Shown: positions 34,401-44,656 of the stretch, piece after piece
Numbering within the stretch: position 1 is the stretch's first letter
Layout: each line of letters opens with the position of its first letter
Assembly: GCA_905178155.1 (NCBI GenBank)
Contig: CAJINV010000019.1
Span: 440,475-504,474 of the forward strand
Length of the DNA: 64,000 nt
From: Amoebophrya sp. A120
Lineage: Eukaryota > Protista > Dinoflagellata
Reading direction: 5' to 3'
Notes under the pieces: generated by a model
The model's input: the letters and a program-made list of their open reading frames with translations, nothing else
The model's database searches: none
What the model was told of the DNA's origin: nothing
Program-made: the position numbers and the translations under genes

Positions 34401-37400
34401 TTGTCGAAGGCCGTGACGAACCTGTCATTGTTTTCGGCGTGGAATTATGACTTGCATTTCATCCTACATAGAAGCACTTCTTCGGGTTTTGTGTCCAAAG
34501 TCAAAGAATCAATGCGCCAACTTGCGTGATAAATTATACCTTCTCAAAAACGGATCCCCGAAAATAAACAGCGGGCCTTTTGGCGGTGGCACTTATCAAG
34601 CCAAACGGCGTTTAAGTCAAGCACGTCGTCCATTGGACTTTCGGTTTCGTCTTCTTTAAGTCTCGCTTTGGCATGGTTGCTGCATTTTTGCCCCTCTTCA
34701 ACAATTCGTTCTACTTTTGGATTCTGCTTTTCGTAATACTAATATCACTGCTGCATCACAAACAATAATTTTCTTTTTTCTCTAAAAACGCCTTTTGTCT
34801 TGATAACACATCCAGGGTCATGATGCTCATGGTGCAGTACTCTTTCTATCACGTGAAAAAAACGTGGCCCATCATTATACTTTTTTTTCTCAACCGAATT
34901 GCCATCAGTTCATCAGAAAATTAGGGTTTGTAAAGATGATGCTTTCGCGCATCCTAATCCTATCGTCCTTTTCCTTTATACACTGTTCCTTCTGCATGGG
35001 AGATAAGTACTTACTCTGATGCGCCGTGTGTTTTCTCAACGTGATACTCCCTTATCGTTGTCCACGTATTCCTCTGGCCGCAAGTTCAGCACTTTGTCCC
35101 CTACTGCGAGGATATGCATGGCAAAAACGAAAGAACCTGCCGCTACCGTGCTGCACCATTTCGGCTTGTGGGAGGAATTTGCATAGCACGACCTGCACTT
35201 ATTTGCGAATCATGCTCAGAGAGACCGCAAATTTTTCCCAATGCTAAAAGAAACATTCCTGGAACACGAAGAATCTGCACGACTTGGAACTACTTTTGCT
35301 CTAAAAATTGTTTGCACTCCATAGAACCCAATGTTCGGCAAGTTCGCGTAATTGGAACAGTCGCTGGCCACATTCACTCTCCTCGACAGCTCCTGGATCA
35401 AGCTCGTTGGTCATGATAGTGCACAGCTACTCCCCTTCATCCCCATTTGTCATGTTCGAATTTTTTCAACATCCTATCTTGGCCTTCTCGCCGTGTTTAC
35501 ATGACACGGTCTGTAAGCCGAAGCTGCTGCACCGGTCCGGGCCTAGATTTGTCACGTACTCAAGGCGCCATTTTGCAGCTAGGTTGTTTGTGATGCTAGT
35601 AGACATGCTCTACTAATGAGGTGGGCGAGGGGGAGTTGTATTTGTGCACTCCCATAGGGGTCTATCCAAGAAAAAAACATTGTAGGTGTACCTTTTTTGC
35701 TGGAGGAACAGCATTACAAATCTGTCGGGCATGACAGCAAAAAACTGTCATGTGCAGCTAGTACGTGAAAACGCCCTTCAATGAGCCCTAAAATGCATGC
35801 CAAGCATGACAGACGCAATTGTCTTGCATCTTGCGCTAACAAGGTTTTTTTCTTGGATAGGGTCCAGCCAGCATGCTGGTTCCGGTGTCCACCGCGACTT
35901 GGCAGCCCTCGTTCGGACAGAGCTGCGTTTTTCGGTTGTTCAGTATCAAATGCACATATGTCTGGGTCTGGAAGGGTGCAAGGTTTGTCATGCTTGTCTG
36001 GCATGACTGAAAAGTCTGTGATGCGTGTCCAAGAAATGACCCTTTTGGTTGTCATTCAAAAACGCAGTTTGTCATGCGGAAAACGCAACACGAAGCCCCG
36101 CAAATATTTCTCATGCTTGGCTGTGCATTGCAGGAAATTCACTATTCACAACTCAGCATTACAAGTTTCCAGACCCAGACATATTTGCAATGCATATTCA
36201 GCGTAATGTCACCAACGCGGATCTGCCAGTAACTCGGGTACGTCACCGGTGCCCACACCATCGGGGATGCGCACAGCTCACGGCGGTAGCCACCTGTTGG
36301 GAATAAAGGCAAGAGGGATTAAAGCTGTGAACAATTTTTTGGACCACGTGCGGCGAGATTTTTCATCAGTCTCGAAGAGGACACGAAGGACGACAGCCGT
36401 CCGCTGCACAAGCTGTCCCTCGGTTTTTCTTTTTATGCACCACCATCCTTTCAAGGAAAAAAACTTGAACTTCCAACAACTCCGTGTCAAAAAATCACAC
36501 TACCAAATGTCAAGGAGCTCGGCCCTTCGTCGGTGAGCGCGAAGGAAATAATCCCGTTGGGCACCGTTCTCTGCAGGTCGTCCAGTATGTTAAACCCGTC
36601 GCCCATCGACAAATCTCGAAACCCCAGGCCCAGGATGCCGTCGAACGGGGTCGCGGCGAAGGGCTCCGCCGACTGGGAGACTGACGCAATGAAGTTCACG
36701 TCCGAACAGATGCGACCGAGTATTACAGAGAAAAGTGCCCCCCACCCCTGAAATTGCAAAAATTTGTGATGCGAGGTTTCCAAATGAAAACTTTTTGTCA
36801 TGCATGAAAGCAGTATGAATCTTTCTGATGCAGAGTCTAGGCGTGTATCGCATCGCTTGCATAACAAGCGCCGCTCTTGCTGGGGTCTTTTGCAATACAA
36901 ATTTTTGCTATTCACGACTGGAAACCTGTGATTGTGATAGATGCAAGAGAGCGAATGTTTCGTTTGGAAAGGTTTGCAATACAAATGGGGTCGTGGGGGC
37001 ATTTTTCATTGTAATACCGAGACACAGCTTGTCCCGGACAAACCGGCCCTCTATGTCCCCTGTGCCGAAGCTGATCTGCGCCTCGCTTTGCCCCTGGTCG
37101 TTGGTCACGAACTGGGCGTCCGGGTTGGTTTGCTGGTTCAGATCGTACTTCCGGTGCCGGTCGCACCCGGCGCCGTGGCACAGCGAAGACGGGAGGATCA
37201 TGTTGCCGCTCCCAGTGTCAAAAATCACGTTGAAAAACTGTTGTTTATCCGGGTGCGATCCCAGTGCGATCTGGCCCCAGTACGCGGTCTTGTGGACAGT
37301 GGTCACCCCGGACATGTACCGCTTCGTGGTGAACAGCAGACTGTTCTGCGACATCGCCATGCCCGCGCGCCTCTTCTTCCCGTAAACCGACGTCGGTGCC

Positions 37401-37462
37401 GTGCCGGGGTTGAAGAGCCCGACGAGAACTAGAGCCGCACCAGTAGTTGTAAGGACCTTCAT
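31431..37462 (-). CDS. Pepsin-family (A1) aspartic protease with signal peptide and long C-terminal extension; 16 introner and 2 canonical introns
   Basis: FNVIFDTGSGN, FDGILGLGF, YWQI, VAVDTGTSMLAGP, LDVPPPKGPLFIFGDPFLRRF, RVGFA. GT-AG introns at 36294-36503 and 34422-34539. Frame continuous to TGA at 31431. Confidence 0.93.
31537..31800. mobile_element. Introner non-canonical intron (family A)
   Basis: DR TCTGG/TCTGC. Confidence 0.88.
31963..32096. mobile_element. Introner non-canonical intron
   Basis: DR CCGGA/CCGGC; frame restored. Confidence 0.7.
32200..32348. mobile_element. Introner non-canonical intron (TATCCAAG family)
   Basis: TIR TATCCAAGA; DR GCTTG/GATCG. Confidence 0.75.
32399..32661. 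mobile_element. Introner non-canonical intron (family A)
   Basis: Perfect DR TAGAC. Confidence 0.92.
32702..33009. mobile_element. Introner non-canonical intron with ~55-bp imperfect TIR
   Basis: Perfect DR TGTTG. Confidence 0.88.
33067..33347. mobile_element. Introner non-canonical intron (family A)
   Basis: DR TCGCG/TCGGG. Confidence 0.88.
33415..33621. mobile_element. Introner non-canonical intron
   Basis: Perfect DR TTCGA; TIR core GTAAAAAC.CA.CT.CCATG. Confidence 0.8.
33708..34029. mobile_element. Introner non-canonical intron (CTCCCCATA family)
   Basis: DR AGCAT/AGCGT. Confidence 0.85.
34067..34306. mobile_element. Introner non-canonical intron (family A, inverted orientation)
   Basis: Perfect DR CCCCA; internal sequence is the reverse complement of the 32399 copy. 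Confidence 0.92.
34594..34805. mobile_element. Introner non-canonical intron
   Basis: TIR TATCAAG.CAAA.GGCGTTT; DR GCACT/ACACA; restores LDVPPP. Confidence 0.85.
34847..35046. mobile_element. Introner non-canonical intron
   Basis: TIR TATCACGT; DR CTTTC/CTCCC. Confidence 0.8.
35113..35323. mobile_element. Introner non-canonical intron (degenerate)
   Basis: DR GAGGA/GAACC; restores LPNIGFAVGDKVLNLRPEEYV. Confidence 0.75.
35412..35656. mobile_element. Introner non-canonical intron
   Basis: TIR AGTGCACA...ACTCCCC; DR TTGGT/GGGGT. Confidence 0.78.
35663..35859. mobile_element. Introner non-canonical intron (TATCCAAG family)
   Basis: Perfect DR GGGTC. Confidence 0.9.
35944..36196. mobile_element. 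Introner non-canonical intron (family A)
   Basis: Perfect DR TTCAG. Confidence 0.92.
36721..37016. mobile_element. Introner non-canonical intron
   Basis: TIR TATTACA.GAAAA.TGCCCC; perfect DR CCGAG. Confidence 0.9.
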
Positions 37463-40153
37463 ATTGTTGTTTGCCGCGAGTGGTTGTAGAAATCGCCTGG
37501 TCGTCCGACGTTGATTTTTGGTAGATGGAAAGGGATGGTGCCAGGTGCTCAGCTGCAAGCACGTCGTTCTCACGACCGCGGCGACTAGTTGCAATAGGAA
37601 ACGCGCTTCTTTTTACCCCCACGGCTGCGATCCAAGGGCGGACTGCCTCTGGCTTCCAACCGGCGCCGGGAAAATTGGCACTGCAACTACTTCGGCTGTT
37701 GAACCGGCCGCGGGGTTTCGTTCCCTGTGCGAGACGAGAGGGTGTCCAGGTGCTACATGGCGTCACCTTCAGCTTTTAACCAGGGGGGCGGCATCTTGTC
37801 GATTTGGGAACTCAATACTTTCTTGCAGTACGGCGGTTTTTTTGCTTTGCAAGAGGACTCTCTGGCGCGAACACTCCCTCTCCTGCGCGAGAGTCTCATG
37901 ATATGGCGCGATTAAACGCCTCTCGTTACTATCTCTCATGTTCATCAATGACCATATTCTCAGCCATCTCAACGCACTCTTGACCCCCGTCGCACCAGAC
38001 GGCTTGTTGCGCTCGCGTTTGTTCAACTCTTCCTCCCGACCTCATGCCCTCACGTCGGCAAGAAGAACGCTAGCCTGCTCTACTAAGCCTCGAGTGAAAG
38101 GGACACTTGCCGGACTGGTGCCGCTTCATCTGACTACTTTCTCCGCGAATTCCACTTCACGCGACACGCACCAAGGGCAAACTCGGCCAATGGGCCGGCC
38201 CTACGACGGAGGGTGGGGCCTGTAACATTGCAGCGGGCGGAGCAGCGCGGCCGCGCAGGGCAAAAAGGCGCAATCGTGCCGCCTCCTTGAGGGGCTTTGC
38301 GTCTCGGCGCAAGGCCTTGGCGCGGCAAGGGCCAGGGCTGCAGCTGAAGGCGCCACTGCGGGCGCGCCAGCGAATGAAGCCGCCACCGGGCCGGTTGGCC
38401 CGGTAGGCAGGCGCGTTGCCCCGCGCCCTCCCCAAATGGCGACGCTGCCTCGGGGGCGCTGCCTCGCAAAGTAAAGCACCCCGCAGGCCGGGCCCCTCTG
38501 ACTTGAAACTTCGCGGCAAGCTCGCGCCGCGCGCTCTCTGGGAGGCCCGGCAAAGCGGGGCCGTCTCGGGCGGATTGAGGCGGATTTGCCGTCACCCACG
38601 TCCCCCATGTTGCGCACGTAACTCATTAGGGCGCACGTCCTCGCCAAGGCGTCGCTGTGCAGTGCTATGGCCGCAGCAGGGCCGCTCCGGTGAAGGATGC
38701 CACACCAGAGGACCCCCGCGCGCCGCGCTTCCCGCGTTACGGAACGCTTTGGCCGCCTCCAGACCCCTTGCAAATGTCGGCCGCCCCGGTCGCCATGGCC
38801 ATGAACTGAAACTGCTGGCGGGCCCCTTCGCCCGCGCGCGCCGCGGCGGTGGCCCCCTATTGCGGTGGCTTCCTGGAGCGGAGCTGGCCGGGCGGTCCCC
38901 ATGGTAGCTCCGCGGGGGTTCGGAGCCAAGCGGCTCGCTGCGCAGGTACAGCACACGATCCATCCACTCCGGCGACCCGCCTGATGCCCTCCAGCACTTT
39001 CGCTGCCGACGAATCATCCGGCGCCATCTTTATTAATACAAGGTGTCCAGTTACAATCGATCTCTACTGGGTGCGCACACGGTGCCCTTTCAGTGGTGCT
39101 GCGGCAGTCGCATGACTGCTGTCAACACTGGCCAACTTTTTCTCGTCGTCTATATTAAGCAACAGAAAAGCCGCAGTCCCACTCACAGCTCAACACACGC
39201 TCACAACACGCAGGCACAACGTAGAAATGATTTCGGTAGTCTGCTCCCTGTAGTAAACAGAAATTATGCTCCAGAACGTAGCTAAACACCAAGACACGCA
39301 ACCCTCTCTGCTCCTTTCTCTCCTTTGTGCCGAAAGCAGCAAAACGGAGAAACCCCGCGACTCTCTGCTGCGAAAGCCATTCCAACGAACCCCCATACCA
39401 GAACTTCATGCGGCCATAAGATTACTACACAGGAACAAGGAGCACGAAAGACTGGCGCGTCGTGCGGTCCTCGTTTATTGAGACCTACTAGTTGACGATG
39501 CTGCATTTGCGGATTCTACATTTCCATTTTCTACATTTCGCACGACGTTTGCATTCTCAAAAGAAGCACAACAGACAAATCTGCAGTGTAATATCAACAA
39601 GGATGCAGCACACAAATGGAGGTTTTCGTACAGTTTTAATTCAAGGCGTTCTGTGCGGGCGTTGGTACATAGTAGGTCGTGTACTACTTATCAACAACAT
39701 TTCAAAAATTATCCGTTCGCGGCTCTACTTCGGGCCGCCGTCGTGATGAAACGGACCTTTCGTTAAACAAATCGCTAAAAATGCAATCAAGAGATGCTCG
39801 TATAAGATAAATTTCGTAGCTGAAAGATTACTGGAGTAGTACTTTCCTCGTGCAAATCCAGAAGATCTTCTACCTGTCTTCACACAGGAGGTGCTTGGTG
39901 CTGAAATCCTCATGTTGCAAATTTACATACTGGCTAGTACTGGCGTCGAATCAGTTTTTCGTACAATTCGGACGCTCGTTGTCTTATGGTGATTTCCAAA
40001 TCGAAGGAGCCGGTATCCTCCCTCGTCTCCAGAGTTGGAATAATTCCACAAACAACTTCTCCTCTCCACACACACACAACTACACGGCGCACACGGTGCG
40101 CGAGGGAGTTCTTCTTGTAATCCTGCACCGCTGCAGGAATGAGTAACAACTCC

Positions 40154-43100
40154 CTACGAGTTTCCGCTCTCCCCGCCGGCCATGTTCAGCGTGCTCCTTG
40201 GTCCCTGCTGCTGCGCCGCGGCTCGGGTCACTTCTAAGAGCAAGGAGGGCACGCTGGACAACTCTTCAAACGTGCTGGTTTTCGCGACCGCTTCAAAGTG
40301 CTTCAGTAGATAGCTCATGCAGTGCTTCTTCAAATTTCGCGCCATGTGGCGGTCGGCAATCTTCAGCAAGTGGCAGCAATTGTCGATCTCGACATCGTGG
40401 ATCAAAATGTTCTCGCACATATCAAATGCAAATATGTCTGGGCCGGGAAGAATGCAGGAGTTTGTCATGCAGATTTTGCGTGACCCATGAGGTCTGTGAT
40501 GCATGCCCTAGCATCAGAGATTCTGCGCGAGCTGTCTAATGCTCATGCCGCATGAGAAATGCCCTCTCCGCGTGGCACAAATTGCGCCTCTTTTGTTGTT
40601 CATGCAATACAGATTTCATGTAGAGTCCAGAGGTAGCGTCACAAGTTGCATCTTTCCAGACCCAGACATATTTGCAATGCATAGCACACGTGCTGCAACG
40701 AATCCAGGGTGTACCTGGGATCAAAAATCATTGTGGACGTATCAGAACATCCATCCAGCAACAGGATCATCTCGGTTCTAATTTCTTGCCACGTGCATTC
40801 AATCAAGAAGTGGCACATCTTTACAAAAAGATACTGTCGGCACGACAGCGCAACAGAGAGCCACTACGAAACAATCACGCGAGCCTCGACCGACTCAGTT
40901 TACACCCGCGTAATTATGTGTAAAAAGTGGTAACTGCAGTAGAACCGGCCGCTTTTTTGAGTTTGTTCTACGCTGTCAATCTTTCTGGTCTCCCACGTAC
41001 TCTTGGTTTGGGGCAATAAAACGTGTGACCCCCTGTCATGGAAAGAAATTTGAGGCAGTAGGAGAACTTCTCCTACCGGTCACCGGTGACAGGCGATTGC
41101 GCGATAAAATCGGAACATCTATCTTTCGCTTCGAATCATCAGCAGTACTTCCATCATGTACAAATTGAAATTTTACACCAAATGCTTAGGATAAAAAAAT
41201 CAATATAGCAATACTGATCTGCCAATCCGAGCACTTCTGTCATGTGGTGCACTGGGAGGTCTTGCGGTACTCTGCCCGTGTAAATCCACTCCAACAAAGC
41301 TAGAAACGCCACTTCGCCCCAGCCTTCTATTATTATCTCCTTCTCGATACCTTGGGAATTGATGTTGGCAGCTGTCTTTTCAATTTGCAAAGAAAAGACA
41401 AAAAGCGAGCAATGCATGACAAAAACCTGCATTTCCAGTGTTCATTTGTTTCTTCTTTCTACTTGCACATGAGGTTCTTGCACGTAAAGCCAAGAGAAAA
41501 AGTACTTGAAGTACTTTCTTTCATCCCTGCACTGAATAGCGCCTTGAAGTGCGGACACTGTGCGATCAAGATGGCTCGGTGCGCGTAGATTTTTCTTCCC
41601 TGCACCGTGAAAGTCACGTCAGAAAACTCCGGATTGTTGAGAAGCTGTGGAATTTTCATTTTTTTCTCGAGTTTCGCATATTTTTTGCATTCCCGCATTT
41701 CTTGCCACATGATGTGCGCGCATGACAATAATGATTTTCTGACAAACATAGTACTCAACCGCCTATATTATTCAGTACCCCTTTCAGATTTTGTATCAGG
41801 GTGTGCACGCTGGTTGTTTCCAAATCGTTCTCCTCCATTCTGCCAACGTCCAAAACGTGCAGGTTTATCCCGTGCAAAAGTATCGCACTCGTCGAGTACC
41901 AATGGGAACCATGCATGACAAGTGTAGTCCATTTCAGGCCAGACTGGCATGAGAAACTTCTCATTAGTCACGCTGAGCAGCTCTGTGAAGATCATGCAAT
42001 GACTACCAAATGCAACATACTTTTGCAATCCATATGATCCTGAAGCCACCTGTTTCCGTCGAACCCACCAAAGATGTAAATCCGCTTCGATCCGATCAAA
42101 CTCGCGCTGTGTCGCTGTCGGCCCGGCGTATGGATTGCAGAAGTAGCGCACGACTACTAGTAGTAATTGCATGCAATACAAGTTGGCTCAGCATGTTGAC
42201 ACCAAATGAAGTTCTTTGTCATGCGGATTCAGCTTTGGAAATGGAAAATCTGTCACAACTTGCATGAAAATTGCTACCACCACGAGAAGTTGATGTACGG
42301 TACTTGTGCAATTATGGATACGGTGGGGTCTGCGGCGATTCGGACGGCCAGGTGGGCCGCAGCCATTTCCGCTCCTGGGCGTCGAGGATGTAGAGTTCGT
42401 TTGTCCTGCCCTTCTATCAAATGCAAAAGTGTCTGGGTCTGGAATGTTGCAGGGTTTGTCATGCATATTTTGCACGACCCATGATGTCTGCAATGCACGA
42501 CCTAGCATCACAGATTTTTAGAGGGTTTCCTGATGCCTGCTCCGCATGACAAATGCCCTCCGCGCGTAGCACAAACTCGACTCCTCTTGCTGGTCATGCA
42601 ATACAAAGCTTTTTAGAGTACAAAGTTAGCATGACAAGTTCCAACCTTCCAGACCCAGACATTTTTGCATTTGATACCTTCCCGTCGTAGCCGCCGAAGA
42701 GCAAGATCTTGTGCCCAATCAGCGTGGCGGTGTGGCCCCGCAGGCCCGGGGGCGGGGTGCCCAGGATTTTATTGTGAGGAAAAATCCCCCCTCCCCATAC
42801 CAAAGCGGGACACTTGTGGAGATTTGTGATGCTGATTTGTGGCCACAAATCGTCTCTGTATTGCAAGACGGCAAACCAAAAAACCCCGCCGCGTTATGCA
42901 GGCAATTTGTAATGCTGTATGGCCTGCAGCGAATGCGCCTGCCTTGCTAGGTGCCTACACCAAAACGCTCCGACTCAGGTTCTGTATCTGGCTGCAGTCC
43001 TCTACTGCAAGTTTGTATACACAAATTCCGCATCACAAATTTCCATTTCGATATGGGGAGGGGAGATTTTTCTTCTTGATAGATTTCGGGCTGCGACCAC

Positions 43101-44656
43101 TGGAGCTTGGTGGTGTCGAAGATGTGGAGATCGGTTAGATGCTTGTTACCGGAGTGACCACCAAACAGGTACAGGTGCACGCCGATTACCTGTATGTTGC
43201 GACAAGGGAGCGGTTTCATTTGCATGTCGTTCTGCTTTTCTCGCCGCGTCATGGGAAAAAAAGCGAATATCATGCAAAATATTTTGGCGCATTCTATACT
43301 GCATGGCAAAACTTCAAGTGGTACTCGGATTTGAGGTCTAGAAAAGCCTGCACATTACTGTCATCGTGTGCGCGTTCCTTGCTTGCGGGAGGGTTCCAGC
43401 TAGTGTTGGGTGCATCCAGGTCATGGTTTCTAGATCCAAAATGTCCATGTCATTGAAACACTTGCTCCCGTCGTACCTGATTAGATTTCATTTTATTATC
43501 GTATTGCAAAACGGGAATGATCACAGCCTGATCTTTCTCGTTCTGTCAATACATTATCGAACTGCAGTAAAAATAAAACGGTACTTGCAAAAATCACATC
43601 AATTACCCGCCAAACATGTAAAGCTTCCAGCCTAGTCTTGTCAAAGTGTGACAAGCGCGCGCTGCCGGTGGTTGCCCGCTGGTGTTCGCTTTTTGCCACC
43701 TGAGCTTCTCGTACATGCCGTCTACATTCGTGTCCAGAACGTACCTGATAGAAATGGGTGCATGATGCATTTCTTTTTCTTTCAGTAGCTACGACGCGCA
43801 TGATGACACCTAAACGCACCTCCGAAAAAATCCACACGCCAACATCGCAGCAAATCGAAACAATAAATCCACTATTGCTAAATCGTACATGTCTGCCAGC
43901 CACTTGTTGCCGTCGTGCCCTCCGTGCACCATCAATTTCTGGTCTACAACCGCTGTTGTATCCTATGTAAAAACATCCCCACCCCGGAGTTGTCATGCAG
44001 ATTTGCAATGACAAGAACATTTGTGATGCGCATCCCGATGATGGGCATTTCCAGTCGTGTCTTGGTGGAATTTGTAATGCTGTAAACAGGATACGCATCT
44101 CGATTTGTAATACGGCTGTCCTTGCTAACCTGCACTACACTACGGGCTGCAACTTGTCATGCGTGGCGTCCAAAACTCCTGGATCTGTGTTGCAGAGATC
44201 CCAACTTAACTATGGGGTGTTTTATGTACTGGAAAAGACCAAAATTAAAGCACAGAGAAGTTTTGAACTTTGTTGAAGTTAAAAGAGAGAGAATGACGTA
44301 GGTGAAATACGTAAATATGAATAATGTGGCCACATATCAATCTAGACTACTGCGATGCGCGTATTGTGGGGGCTGAGGACTTCTGCCCTCGGGGTCCCGC
44401 AGGCTCGGGGATTGGGGTGGGGACATTTTTACACAGGATATGTTGAGTGGTTATTTCTCGCGGACGGCGCATCGGCGTTTGGGAGAACCTCCGTCCAGAG
44501 GTTACTGGAGACGGACAGGATGTTCAGATCGTTGAGCGCTTTTTTCCCGTTCCAACCGCCAAACACGTACAACTTCATGTCGATCACATCGCAGCTGTGC
44601 GCCGCCCGGGGACCCGGGCAGGACTGGGTCGTGGGAGTGGTCCAGAACGTGTACAT
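40154..44656 (-). CDS. Kelch-repeat plus C-terminal BTB/POZ protein (LZTR1-like architecture)
   Basis: Six kelch repeats (YVFGGWNG, VHGGHDG, MFGGYDG, LFGGHSG, LFGGYDG, IFGGFDG), then FSDVTFTVQGRKIYAHRAIL..FLALLEWIYTG. Six introner and several GT-AG introns. Confidence 0.9.
40420..40683. mobile_element. Introner non-canonical intron (family A)
   Basis: Perfect DR GCACA. Confidence 0.92.
41866..42034. mobile_element. Introner non-canonical intron
   Basis: TIR TAT....TGCAAAAGTAT; DR AGGTT/TGATC; restores WLQDLHVLD. Confidence 0.78.
42129..42320. mobile_element. Introner non-canonical intron
   Basis: DR CGGCG/CGGTG. Confidence 0.82.
42415..42676. mobile_element. Introner non-canonical intron (family A)
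   Basis: Perfect DR CCTTC. Confidence 0.92.
42770..43081. mobile_element. Introner non-canonical intron (CTCCCCATA family)
   Basis: Perfect DR GATTT. Confidence 0.9.
43959..44440. mobile_element. Introner non-canonical intron (TATCCT family, 482 bp)
   Basis: Perfect DR TGTTG; TIR TATCCT.TGTAAAAA..TCCCCACCCC. Confidence 0.9.
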
